64,000 nt of DNA, from NCBI GenBank assembly GCA_902761035.1, contig CACWIW010000004.1, forward strand, positions 3,981 to 67,980. Direction: 5' to 3'. Below the pieces are notes generated by a model. The model saw only the letters and a list, made by a program, of their open reading frames with translations. It was not told the DNA's origin and did no database searches. The stretch is from an uncultured bacterium. Its GTDB lineage: Bacteria > Verrucomicrobiota > Kiritimatiellia > RFP12 > UBA1067. Positions 26,806 to 35,867 of the stretch are shown here, one piece after another. The number at the start of each line of letters is the position of its first letter. The first letter of the stretch is position 1. The position numbers and the translations under genes were made by a program.

Positions 26806-27837
26806 TCAAGGACGCTGGAGGAACTTGAAAACCTGATGCGAGAGTTCGCAGCGGTCGTCGGACAGAAACTCGACGCCCTTCAGCTCGGTCTCGACGATCC
26901 TCTTCAGAATTCCGTTCATCGCCATTCCGAACACAGCAAGGCGTCCTGGCACGCATCCGAGTTTCAGGAGCGTGTCGAGCACGAATTTCAGGACGGGCGA
27001 CCAGTCGAACCCGCCTTCGTCCGGCGACTCGAAGATGTCCATCCCCAGCGGCGCGCCGCGGTCCCTGTCCACGATCAGTACGAAGCGCGACATCTTGCCC
27101 CGTCCCTGTGGCGTGCGTCCCATGGGAACGACAAACGAGGCGACTTCAATGCCAAGCTTCTTCTTGATCGGCAGCGCAGCGACCCTCCGCATCTGTCTGC
27201 CGTCAAGGTTGAAGGCGATCGGCATGAGCCAGGAGAACTCGTTTTCGCCTCGAACCCACGACCCGTCGGGGAGTTCCGTCCAGGTCGTGAGCAGTTGCAT
27301 CGGAGCGTCCTTGAGCGCGATGGCGTCGGGTCCGTGCGCATCGAGGAACGCCAGCAGCGCGCGGATCGACGCGAGGGCGTCCTCAAGCTCCGCCGCTCCC
27401 ATGCGGTCACGTGCAAGCCCCGCGAAATACGACATGAAGGACGGCATTCTCCTGCGGTCGAACCTGACGCCGCTTTCGAGCACCTGCTCCATTTCCCCTT
27501 CGAGGAGGAAGTCCGCCGAGTCGAACGCCAACATCAGCTGATTGGTCGAGAAGAAACCGTCCGTTGCATCTTCGTGGTCTTTTCCGTCGACCGCCTTCAT
27601 CCGGTGGAAGTCGGCGTATGTCATGTAGACGGAGATGCCGCAGGTGCCGCCGCCTCGGCCCATTACCGAGACGAAGCGCTCACGTCCGTCAGCGAACCTG
27701 ACGGCCAGCACCTGACTGTCGTGCAGGCACTTCCACGGCGCGCGGTCCGCAACCTCGCGCGCGAGCCCGTACGCCTCGCGCAGTTGTTCGCGTGTCGGCC
27801 TCGTCAGATCAGGCTTCCTGGTTTTTACGTCTTTCAT
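26806..27837 (-). CDS. Hypothetical protein (343 aa), host-like GC
   Basis: A long ORF with GC-rich codon usage. I recognise no motif. Confidence 0.6.
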   Translation of the reverse strand: MKDVKTRKPDLTRPTREQLREAYGLAREVADRAPWKCLHDSQVLAVRFADGRERFVSVMGRGGGTCGISVYMTYADFHRMKAVDGKDHEDATDGFFSTNQLMLAFDSADFLLEGEMEQVLESGVRFDRRRMPSFMSYFAGLARDRMGAAELEDALASIRALLAFLDAHGPDAIALKDAPMQLLTTWTELPDGSWVRGENEFSWLMPIAFNLDGRQMRRVAALPIKKKLGIEVASFVVPMGRTPQGRGKMSRFVLIVDRDRGAPLGMDIFESPDEGGFDWSPVLKFVLDTLLKLGCVPGRLAVFGMAMNGILKRIVETELKGVEFLSDDRCELSHQVFKFLQRP

Positions 27838-28222
27838 TTGTCATTTTTGCCACGGCCGCAGCCGGTCGATATGATAATTCCGCCATTTCCTCTAGTTGTG
27901 CTATCGGGGCGGGCATGATCTGCCAAGTGAATCTGCATCCATCATTTGAAATATATTTCACCCGCCCGTTCATTGCCAGCTCCGCACGTAAATCTCTTTG
28001 CAAGAAGGCATCTAGCACATCATCTGTGGCAAACTCCCCTCTGTGCCAGTGTGCGAGAACGGACACGCGATCCAACACCTCACTGATTGCATCTTCCTCT
28101 GTCGGATAGAAATCGACAACCGTCTCGTCGGCAAAGTCGGACAACGCGCCCTCAAAGTTGTCGATGAGCAGATATGTACCTTTCGGCACGCCACGGCGAC
28201 TCAATGATTTCCTATGCGCCAT
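27809..28222 (-). CDS. Hypothetical small protein (137 aa) downstream of the restriction gene
   Basis: The ORF track extends it to 28447, inside the REase gene. I prefer the ATG at 28222 (MAHRKSLSRRGVPKGTYLLIDNFEG). It overlaps the REase stop by 11 nt and the start of the next gene by 29 nt. Low GC. Confidence 0.45.
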   Translation of the reverse strand: MAHRKSLSRRGVPKGTYLLIDNFEGALSDFADETVVDFYPTEEDAISEVLDRVSVLAHWHRGEFATDDVLDAFLQRDLRAELAMNGRVKYISNDGCRFTWQIMPAPIAQLEEMAELSYRPAAAVAKMTNERRKNQEA

Positions 28223-29129
28223 AGAGACTTCTCCTGATGGCGTCGCCGTACACATTACCTTCTGGAAGACTGACGGCGGAAAATGCCTCTTGTATCTTGT
28301 ACACGGTCGTACAATGCTCTTCAACCACATCAAGCGACGCGATCTCACCTTGTTCCACCGCATCAAGATTCTCGGCATAATCGTATGCAATGAAATGAAT
28401 CGCCGCCGGCTGCGTCGGAAACGCCGGAATCTTCTCCTTTCCTCCAAGTCTTGCTATCACTCGAGAATATATTGGCATTGGGCATACGAAATACAGTCCA
28501 GTCTTGCAAAGTTCTTCGCGTTGCAAGACCTGCCCTTTGTAGATTATCTGGGGTATTATCCTTTTTGAAACGTTCTCCCAGTTCAATCCTACCGTATCGG
28601 GAACGATTGAACGGCCATTCGCCAAGGCCTTTTGAGCATCGCTGTATTTGCCGGTAGTGTCGATTGTTTGCACTTCAACGGCAGTAAAATCAACGAGACT
28701 GCCGTCTCCGTCTAACCTGGCAAGGACCCAATCGACAAAATAGGAGCCAACCCCGTCTCGTTTGGGAAGTCGCAACTCGCCGCCCCATCCATGTCCAAAC
28801 ACGGCAATAGCACCTCCCAATGCCTTGGCCTTCTCCACTGCCGTTCGTCCTGCGAACAAAGGCAGCTCCTCGTGAAAAGCCCTACGTGCGACTATGCGCA
28901 GCATCTTGTAGTCTTCCGCATACATTCTGTTGGGGCAACAGATCACGGAAGGCGAACCCGGCTTTTTCTGCCGTATTGAGCAAACACCGGATATCGTCCT
29001 TGTTCGCCCAAGGAGTTTCGTGCAGGCCGATCCAAGAAACGGACAGCGCTTGTCTGCCGCCATCTTACGCGCCGCCAATGACTCGTCCGCGGCACGATAG
29101 CCGAAGAATTCTGAAATTGTTCCGGCCAT
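28212..29129 (-). CDS. NotI-family type II restriction endonuclease
   Basis: From the ATG at 29129 (TAATG overlap with the MTase stop) it reads MAGTISEFFGYR...CPFLGSACTK...GVCSIR...VICCPNRMY, followed by GGELRLPK, VDWVLARL, VEVQTIDTTGKY and NVSKRIIPQIIYKG. These match my recollection of NotI (EFFGHR, CPFL, C.K, GVC, CPNR Cys4 metal site, LEIQTMDFHGSY). Confidence 0.7.
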   Translation of the reverse strand: MAGTISEFFGYRAADESLAARKMAADKRCPFLGSACTKLLGRTRTISGVCSIRQKKPGSPSVICCPNRMYAEDYKMLRIVARRAFHEELPLFAGRTAVEKAKALGGAIAVFGHGWGGELRLPKRDGVGSYFVDWVLARLDGDGSLVDFTAVEVQTIDTTGKYSDAQKALANGRSIVPDTVGLNWENVSKRIIPQIIYKGQVLQREELCKTGLYFVCPMPIYSRVIARLGGKEKIPAFPTQPAAIHFIAYDYAENLDAVEQGEIASLDVVEEHCTTVYKIQEAFSAVSLPEGNVYGDAIRRSLYGA

Positions 29130-30877
29130 TATTTTTCCTCCTCGTCTAAAACCGCTTTGATTGCCACGCCCACCGCTTTTGCCAACATTGGAGGCACAGC
29201 GTTTCCGACTTGCGCGAACTGTTCCTGCTGCGATCCGTAGAAGATGTAATGGTCGGGGAACGACTGGCATCTTGCCGCCTCTCGCACCGTAAGCGAACGA
29301 TCTTGAGCGTAATGGAAATAGGCTCCCCAATGCGGATCGCACTTTGTGAGAATTGTAGAGGCGAGTCCATCTGGCGTCAAACGCCCATAGCGTTTCGTGT
29401 GGTCGGACTTCCTCGCCAACTTCATGCCTCTTGGCAGAAGGTCATATGGTATGTCCGTCCAGTTTCCGCCGGGTTTGATGTGTTTGAGGCGTTGCAGGTT
29501 AATTGGCGACAGTTTCGGCGCTTCATGGTTGTATATTCCCGGACTTCCTCGCCGTACGGAGCGCTGAAATGGACATGACGGCTTGAACAGATACTGCTTG
29601 CAATCCTCTCCCCTCTCTCCGGCCTTCAATGGGGGAAGGTCGCCGATTGCCTCCTCGACGGAAACAAAGTTTCCGGGGATATCCGCTGCTGGGGTCTTAA
29701 TAAGAGAATGTCCGTCGAAGGTGGCAGTGAAATTCGGCCTTATTGGCGCGTGGCATACGGGTTCGGGAAACGCATACCTCGGCAGTTCCTTCCCACGTAG
29801 TCCAAGGATTATTGTTCGCCACCGCATCTGCGGAACACCATAATAGGCGGCACCGAGAATCCGAACATCTGCCCCATATCCCAATTCGCCAAGCGCCTTT
29901 AGTATTGCATGAAGGGTGTCGCCATCTTCAAAAGACACCAATCCAGGCACATTTTCAATAAGAACAGCCCTTGGCTGGAATGCATCCACAAAACGGAGAT
30001 ACTCCTTGAACAAATGGTTCCGCTGGTCAAGAATGCTACGGACGGGGGCGTTGATTGAGAACCCCTGGCAAGGGGGACCGCCTGCAATCAATGCAAGTTG
30101 TCCCTTTTTGATGCCAAGATCCCGGCGTAACTTCTCGGCATCAAGCGTACGAACATCTGCCGTCGCCACAACTGTCCCCAAATGATTGCGCCGATATGTT
30201 TCGGCATATTGCGGAACGATCTCTGACGCGAACACACCGTGAAATCCCGCCTCTTCCAACCCTTCTGACAAACCTCCCGCACCCGCAAAGAGGTCGATCA
30301 AAGAATATTTCATTCCATCGCCAATACTTTTCACGGAACTAGATGTGCGACCATCACCAACACCAAGCGCCTCGAAGAAATCCATCTGCACGGGGTTGAA
30401 CGCACGCGCCGCGCGGCACTTGCCGAAGAATGGCCGTATGCGCTCGAAGATGTTGGGCACGGACTTGCCGCCGCACTGCGGCAGGGGGCGCGTGAAGAAG
30501 TCCGCGTCAATCTTGCCAGTCCAGCGCGTGGAGCAGACGAACACATCCGCGCCTGGCATCCCATAGAGCGACGCCTCGGCGACCGCTCGGCCCAGCTCGA
30601 AAAGCGCGTACTTCTCACCGTGCGGCTTCGGCGAGACCTTATAGCCGTTGGCGGCAAGCCATTGGCCGTCCACTTCGCGGACGTACTTCGCGCGGTAGGC
30701 GAGTGCTGGCATGTCAAGGGCATACACGACAAGGTGCGTAACGGGCGCATAGCTATCGCCTTTGCCGTCCTTCGGCAATGGTAGATTGTAAAGGTGCTTC
30801 TCCCTGATCCAGCCGTAGTTCTCGACCCTACAGGTGCAGGCGATCACGGTTTGCGTTTTTTCATCTTTTTTCGTCAT
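29129..30877 (-). CDS. DNA (cytosine-5)-methyltransferase with ~190-aa unknown N-terminal domain
   Basis: Motif I LIDLFAGAGGLSEG, motif IV GGPPCQGFS, motif VI LIENVPG, QSFPD, motif X GNAVPPMLA. The N-terminal aa 1-190 have no motif I recognise. Confidence 0.9.
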   Translation of the reverse strand: MTKKDEKTQTVIACTCRVENYGWIREKHLYNLPLPKDGKGDSYAPVTHLVVYALDMPALAYRAKYVREVDGQWLAANGYKVSPKPHGEKYALFELGRAVAEASLYGMPGADVFVCSTRWTGKIDADFFTRPLPQCGGKSVPNIFERIRPFFGKCRAARAFNPVQMDFFEALGVGDGRTSSSVKSIGDGMKYSLIDLFAGAGGLSEGLEEAGFHGVFASEIVPQYAETYRRNHLGTVVATADVRTLDAEKLRRDLGIKKGQLALIAGGPPCQGFSINAPVRSILDQRNHLFKEYLRFVDAFQPRAVLIENVPGLVSFEDGDTLHAILKALGELGYGADVRILGAAYYGVPQMRWRTIILGLRGKELPRYAFPEPVCHAPIRPNFTATFDGHSLIKTPAADIPGNFVSVEEAIGDLPPLKAGERGEDCKQYLFKPSCPFQRSVRRGSPGIYNHEAPKLSPINLQRLKHIKPGGNWTDIPYDLLPRGMKLARKSDHTKRYGRLTPDGLASTILTKCDPHWGAYFHYAQDRSLTVREAARCQSFPDHYIFYGSQQEQFAQVGNAVPPMLAKAVGVAIKAVLDEEEK

Positions 30878-30884
30878 CGCGTGT

Positions 30885-30893
30885 ATTATACCA
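30885..30893 (-). promoter_or_regulatory. Extended -10 (TGGTATAAT) 7 nt upstream of the MTase ATG (leaderless candidate)
   Basis: The minus strand reads TGGTATAAT-ACACGCG-ATG (ATG at 30877-30875). Confidence 0.35.
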
Positions 30894-30965
30894 CAAAACG
30901 AATACGCCGTGAGGAACTGGCTTAAAGTTTGAAGTTTGAAATTTCACATCCACACTGCGTGGCTA

Positions 30966-32267
30966 TCAGTCTTTGAGCGAGTCGCAGAAGTCCATCAGCC
31001 ACGTCCAGTCGTGCGCGGAGTAGCCGTGCCCCTCCGTGCGGCGCACGAAGGCGAGGTCTTCGCCCATGCAGTCGGTGGAGTAGTCGGCCGGATACGGCAC
31101 GTCGGGAAGTCCCTTCTTGCCAAGGAACGTCCACGCCGGCGATGCCGCCTTGCACGCAAGATACTCGCCTTCCGGGTCGAACCACTGCACGTCGTACCCC
31201 TGCACGAAAAGCTTGCGCGGCGCAATCGAGGCAAGGAGGAGATGCTGGTCGAATGTAAGCAGTTTCGCGGGGTCCTTCTCGTACTTCTTGTACGCAGGAC
31301 AGTACCAGTGGCGGAAGCTGCGCATCTCGGTGGCCACGTTCTCGCCCCAGTCGCGCTTGGCGAGCGGACACCCTCCGCCGCCCGTCTGGTTGGGCACGCA
31401 CGCCGCGAAGCGCTCGTCGCGTGCGGCGGCGAGCAGAGCGGTCTTGCCGAGACGGGAGTAGCCGGCGGCGATCGCCTTCTTCGCGTCAAGCTCGGGAATC
31501 TTGTAGGCGAGGTCGAGTCCGCGCGAAAGTGCCCACGCCCACGCGCCGATGGAGGTGGTGTTGTCGTCGCGCGCGGGATCGCGCTTCGGCCAGAGGTCGA
31601 ACACGCCCGACCATGGAGACGGATTTCCGCCCGGGTTCACGTCGGGCGAAACCTGCGCGTAGCACGCCGTGACGAGTGCGTATCCGCGCGCGAGGATCAT
31701 GTGCGCGGGGAACACGAACTCCACGCTGTTCATGTTCTCGTACCGGCCGCGCAGCTCCTCCACGCACTTGTGCGCAGGACGGAGCGCGATCCACATGTCG
31801 GGCGTGACCACCTGCTTGTCGCGGATAAGCTCGTAGTTGCCGCCGTAGTTGAGGAAGATGATGGGCAGGGCTGGCTTCTTCGCCCAACGCGGCAGCAGCA
31901 CCAGCCAGTCGATCGCGGGGCCGCTCTTGTCCGCCTTGAACCACATACGGTACTGTCGGCGGATTCCGAAACCGGCGAGCGTCACGCCCTCCTCCACCTT
32001 CTCGACCACGACCGCCTCCGGCGCGGGCGGCTCCTGTCCGAACATCTCCTTCGCGAAGATGCCCAGAATCTCGCGGCGGCGGCGCGCCCAGTCCGCAGGC
32101 GACGCCACCTTCGTGCCGTCCACGAACGTGAGCGGATCCTCAAGCGTGTACGGCGCGATCTTTGATTTGTCGTAGTTGGGCTTCCAATAGTCGGGACGCG
32201 CCGCCAGCACGCTCGCCGCGGCGAATACCCCAATCAGACACACTCCAAGTAGAACTCTTTTTTTCAT
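30966..32267 (-). CDS. Glucuronoyl esterase-like (CE15) alpha/beta hydrolase, secreted
   Basis: I prefer the start MKKRVLLGVCLIGVFAAASVLA (32267) over the ORF-track 32366. The GYSRLGK nucleophile motif is typical of CE15. Confidence 0.6.
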   Translation of the reverse strand: MKKRVLLGVCLIGVFAAASVLAARPDYWKPNYDKSKIAPYTLEDPLTFVDGTKVASPADWARRRREILGIFAKEMFGQEPPAPEAVVVEKVEEGVTLAGFGIRRQYRMWFKADKSGPAIDWLVLLPRWAKKPALPIIFLNYGGNYELIRDKQVVTPDMWIALRPAHKCVEELRGRYENMNSVEFVFPAHMILARGYALVTACYAQVSPDVNPGGNPSPWSGVFDLWPKRDPARDDNTTSIGAWAWALSRGLDLAYKIPELDAKKAIAAGYSRLGKTALLAAARDERFAACVPNQTGGGGCPLAKRDWGENVATEMRSFRHWYCPAYKKYEKDPAKLLTFDQHLLLASIAPRKLFVQGYDVQWFDPEGEYLACKAASPAWTFLGKKGLPDVPYPADYSTDCMGEDLAFVRRTEGHGYSAHDWTWLMDFCDSLKD

Positions 32268-32269
32268 CT

Positions 32270-34243
32270 TTATTTTCTCCTTTCCTGACCGAAAGCTCCG
32301 TATGCACGCACGTAGTCGACCTCCATGAACGTGCCGTCGATGGCGTCGCCCACAGGCCCCGCCCACTTTAAAATCGCCTCAGAAAGGAGAAGCGCGCATT
32401 CCGAATGGCACACTTCGTTCTTGACGCGCCGGATTTCCTTCCCGTCAAAGTAGAACACGAGCTCGTCCGCCGTCCACAGAAAACCATAGACATGGAACTC
32501 CTTGGACAAATCGACCGAACGTCCAAGATTGAATGCCTTCGCGTTGACCTTGTGGCTCTTCTTGCCGTCCTTGTAGAAAACCTTCTCGTAATCGTGGATA
32601 TTGGTGTTGATCTCAGACGGATAATGTCCTTCATTGACGTCGATCTCGAATCCCTCGTCCACCCCATGCGGGAGCGTCACGAACCAGAAGGAATTGTTCG
32701 TGCCCGTGGCGGCGGCATAGCGATACCGGCATTCGAAATACCCGTACTTGAAACGGGCCTTCGTCCAGACCGACGCCGACGTCCACTCCTTGCCGCCGCG
32801 CTTTTCCTTTCTGTTGCAAAGCCGCAGCATGCCGTTTGTGACGACGACGTTCTCCCGCCATCTGCTGCAGAGGATGTGGGTTGGGGACGCATTCTCCGAA
32901 ACCCACTTTTCTTCGAGCCTGGAATCTGCATAGTCGAACTCGTCCGACCACAGCAGTTTCCATCCCCTTTCCGCACACACGGGCGGAACATTGGTCGTTG
33001 CCACAGTGTCGACGGATGGCGGCACGTAGCCTTCCAGCTTCATGAACGACGGGTCGAGCTTGACGTTCTCCCTCCCCTTCACGTTGCAGTTCCGGAACAC
33101 GACATCCACCGCGCGCGTCTCTTGCTTGCCAACGCCATCCGGAAGGTTGTACCACTGCGTCCACGGACGCATCCGCATCGTGTCGCGACACCATCCCCTG
33201 ACGTTCTCCACGAGAATGTGTTCGTAGAGCTGTTTCGTGTCGGGACGCGACTTGAGGTTGAGAAGCGCCCCGCATCCCCTCACCTCGCTGTTCCGCAGGA
33301 TCAGGTTACGGCAGTGGAACGCATCGGAACCACAGGTGAACGCATGGTGGCAGACAGGCCCGAACACGCAGTCCTCCACGAGAATATTGAAGTTGGCTCC
33401 GTTGTCCGGCAGCGTCTCGCACTTGTAGCCCCAGCCGCCCTTCACCACCACCGCGTCGTCATTCACGTCCATGTACGAACCCCACACGTGAGCGTCCTTC
33501 ACGGCGTCAAGGTCGATTGCGTCCGAACTGGGTGCGGCCGGCGGGGTCTTGTGCCCCGGCGCCGTGATGCGCACGTGGTCCACCTTCACACGCTCGCACT
33601 TGTAGAACTGCACCGTCCAGAAATGGGAGTCCTTGATGGTCACGCCGGATATCCTGACGTCGCGGGAATTGGATACATAGATGTTCCGTGGACGGGGGAT
33701 GTCCCAGTCCTTGAACCCCTTGACAGTCTTGCGCTTTTTCCAGAAATCGATCCACGACTTCTTCCCGTTGCCGTCGATCGTGCCCTCGCCATAGATGGTG
33801 AAGCCGTTGCAGGCATCGGCGTTGATGAGCGCAAGCGTATAGACGAAGGAATGCCCGACGAAGTGCGTCATGCCGCGGGGTACCACAGAGCCGTCTTCTG
33901 GTCCGCGCAACACGGCGCCCTTCTCAAGCTTGAGATGTACGCCAGGCTTGAAGAAGAGCGCGGACGTGTTCCACACACCCGGCCCGAGAACGAGCACGCC
34001 GCCGCCCTGTGACGCAATCCAGTCAATGGTGAGCTGAAGCGGCTTGGTTTGAAGTTCGGGGACGTTGGCCTTCGCCCCCAGCATCTGCGAGGCGAAATAC
34101 TGCCGTCCGAGCTTCGCTTCATCGACCGGCGACTTGTCCGCAAACCACGCATCCATCGCGGACCCGTCCGGCCAAATCCCGGTCGCGCCCGCCACAGCGA
34201 ACATGCCGAGCAAGCATACGCCTGCCAGTATTTTGTTTTTCAT
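32270..34243 (-). CDS. GH28-like beta-helix / GH16 fusion glycoside hydrolase, secreted
   Basis: Signal peptide MKNKILAGVCLLGMFAVAGA. The N-terminal beta-helix part has SSDAIDLD and VNDDAVVVKGG. The C-terminal part has WSDEFD and the EIDVNEG (ExDxxE) GH16 catalytic motif. Confidence 0.7.
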   Translation of the reverse strand: MKNKILAGVCLLGMFAVAGATGIWPDGSAMDAWFADKSPVDEAKLGRQYFASQMLGAKANVPELQTKPLQLTIDWIASQGGGVLVLGPGVWNTSALFFKPGVHLKLEKGAVLRGPEDGSVVPRGMTHFVGHSFVYTLALINADACNGFTIYGEGTIDGNGKKSWIDFWKKRKTVKGFKDWDIPRPRNIYVSNSRDVRISGVTIKDSHFWTVQFYKCERVKVDHVRITAPGHKTPPAAPSSDAIDLDAVKDAHVWGSYMDVNDDAVVVKGGWGYKCETLPDNGANFNILVEDCVFGPVCHHAFTCGSDAFHCRNLILRNSEVRGCGALLNLKSRPDTKQLYEHILVENVRGWCRDTMRMRPWTQWYNLPDGVGKQETRAVDVVFRNCNVKGRENVKLDPSFMKLEGYVPPSVDTVATTNVPPVCAERGWKLLWSDEFDYADSRLEEKWVSENASPTHILCSRWRENVVVTNGMLRLCNRKEKRGGKEWTSASVWTKARFKYGYFECRYRYAAATGTNNSFWFVTLPHGVDEGFEIDVNEGHYPSEINTNIHDYEKVFYKDGKKSHKVNAKAFNLGRSVDLSKEFHVYGFLWTADELVFYFDGKEIRRVKNEVCHSECALLLSEAILKWAGPVGDAIDGTFMEVDYVRAYGAFGQERRK

Positions 34244-34287
34244 TCGTCACTCTTCCTCATCTATACCGATCTATCTGCCACCTGCGC

Positions 34288-35841
34288 CTACTCCTTGCGC
34301 AGCGGGACGGAAAGCCTGTCCGTGATCATCACGGGCGAATCCCACATAGGGATATTGCTAAGAACCGTGGAGTCATTCTCGAACTTCACGCTCTCCGCAG
34401 GAATCTCGAACACGCGGCCCGTGATCATGTCAACCCACACGGGGTCCACCACCTTCTTCCCCAGGAAGCTCACCGTAACTCGGTCAAATTCGAGGAGGGA
34501 CGACGGACGCGCGTCCGAGAACCAGAGGAAACGCAGCGTCTTACCCTCGCGTATGAAACTGATGGACGTTAGCGTGCGCTTGCGGTTGTCGCGCGGGTCG
34601 GCCCTCTTCGTCACCTTGAAGTCTGGATGTATCGAGATCTTCGTCGGACGCGCCTCGTCGTCGAGGAGGCCGAAGATGTTCTGCATCGCGAAGTACGACG
34701 GACGGCGGTACACGAACTCCTTGAGCGTGTTGGAGCGCACGAGCCCGAAGCTCTGGAGCATGAACGTGTACTGGAGGTCGATCATCGTGAACACGCTCGA
34801 CGGGATGTTGCGCGCCGCGTCGCCGATCGTGCGCCGCAGGAGCCACTTCGCCTGCGCGTACTCGCTCCACTCGATTTTGTTCAGCGCGTGGCCGAACTCC
34901 AGTTGCGCCGGACACCCCACTTCGCCCTGCATGATGTCGAACGTGTCGCTGTACGACTTCACGAGCTTACGCAGGTTCGGCACTGTCTTTTCGTATGTCT
35001 TGTCGGGATTCGGATCGTACGGATGGTAGATGAAGTACGAACCGAGATCGAGCGCGTTCTCCTTCTTCAGTTTCTCCAGGACGCACATGTAGTCCTTCCA
35101 CCTGACGGCCGTGCAATACAACTTCGCGTTGGGCTGGACGGCACGGATGGCCTTACCCGTGCGGTAGAACATCTCCGCGTATTCTGGGCCCTGCCCGAAC
35201 GGCTCGTTCCATATTTCCCATTCGTCAACCACGTCCTTGTAGCGCTCAACGCACGTAACACAGTACCTGATCCACGCATCGAACGCCTCGGGCTTGCCCG
35301 TGACCTGCTTCACCTTCATGCCGAGGCGAAAGTCGCTGCCGTAGACCGGGTTGCCGTACGCAAGGCAGATCCAGGGCTTCACGCCCATCGCCGCCATCTC
35401 GCGCACGTGCGGGTCGAACCACGAGAAGTCGTACTTGCCCTTCTCCTGCTCGGTCTTGGCCCAGCCGGAGAAGAGACGGCCGTGCTTCACGCCGAGCGGA
35501 CCGATGAGGTGCTTGTAGGCGTTCCAGTCCGCATAGTCGCGGTCCATCGTCTCGCAGCCGACGGACCACTTCGAGGACTTCACGTCCTTCGCGTCTCGCA
35601 CCGCGAGGCGGCCGATCTCCTTGAGACCGGGGTCGAGCTTGTTGAGCTTCGCCCATGTGACGCACCAGCGCTCCTTCTTCGGAACGGTCGCGTTCGTGGC
35701 GACGCCGGGCGGCGTCTTGTCGCCCCAGGCGTCCCAGCTCTTGATCTTCGCGGCGTCCTTGAACGACACGACTTCTCCGTCAAGCACGGAGGGCACTGCG
35801 GCGCAAAACGCCGCACCTAATAGGAATGCTGTTTTTTTCAT
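34288..35841 (-). CDS. Clan GH-A (TIM-barrel) glycoside hydrolase, secreted
   Basis: The real start is MKKTAFLLGAAFCAAVPS at 35841. The ORF-track start at 36657 is an artefact running into the upstream gene. It carries the WEIWNEP acid/base motif. Confidence 0.65.
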   Translation of the reverse strand: MKKTAFLLGAAFCAAVPSVLDGEVVSFKDAAKIKSWDAWGDKTPPGVATNATVPKKERWCVTWAKLNKLDPGLKEIGRLAVRDAKDVKSSKWSVGCETMDRDYADWNAYKHLIGPLGVKHGRLFSGWAKTEQEKGKYDFSWFDPHVREMAAMGVKPWICLAYGNPVYGSDFRLGMKVKQVTGKPEAFDAWIRYCVTCVERYKDVVDEWEIWNEPFGQGPEYAEMFYRTGKAIRAVQPNAKLYCTAVRWKDYMCVLEKLKKENALDLGSYFIYHPYDPNPDKTYEKTVPNLRKLVKSYSDTFDIMQGEVGCPAQLEFGHALNKIEWSEYAQAKWLLRRTIGDAARNIPSSVFTMIDLQYTFMLQSFGLVRSNTLKEFVYRRPSYFAMQNIFGLLDDEARPTKISIHPDFKVTKRADPRDNRKRTLTSISFIREGKTLRFLWFSDARPSSLLEFDRVTVSFLGKKVVDPVWVDMITGRVFEIPAESVKFENDSTVLSNIPMWDSPVMITDRLSVPLRKE

Positions 35842-35867
35842 GGGGGGAAATGGTATCAAAACCCCCG

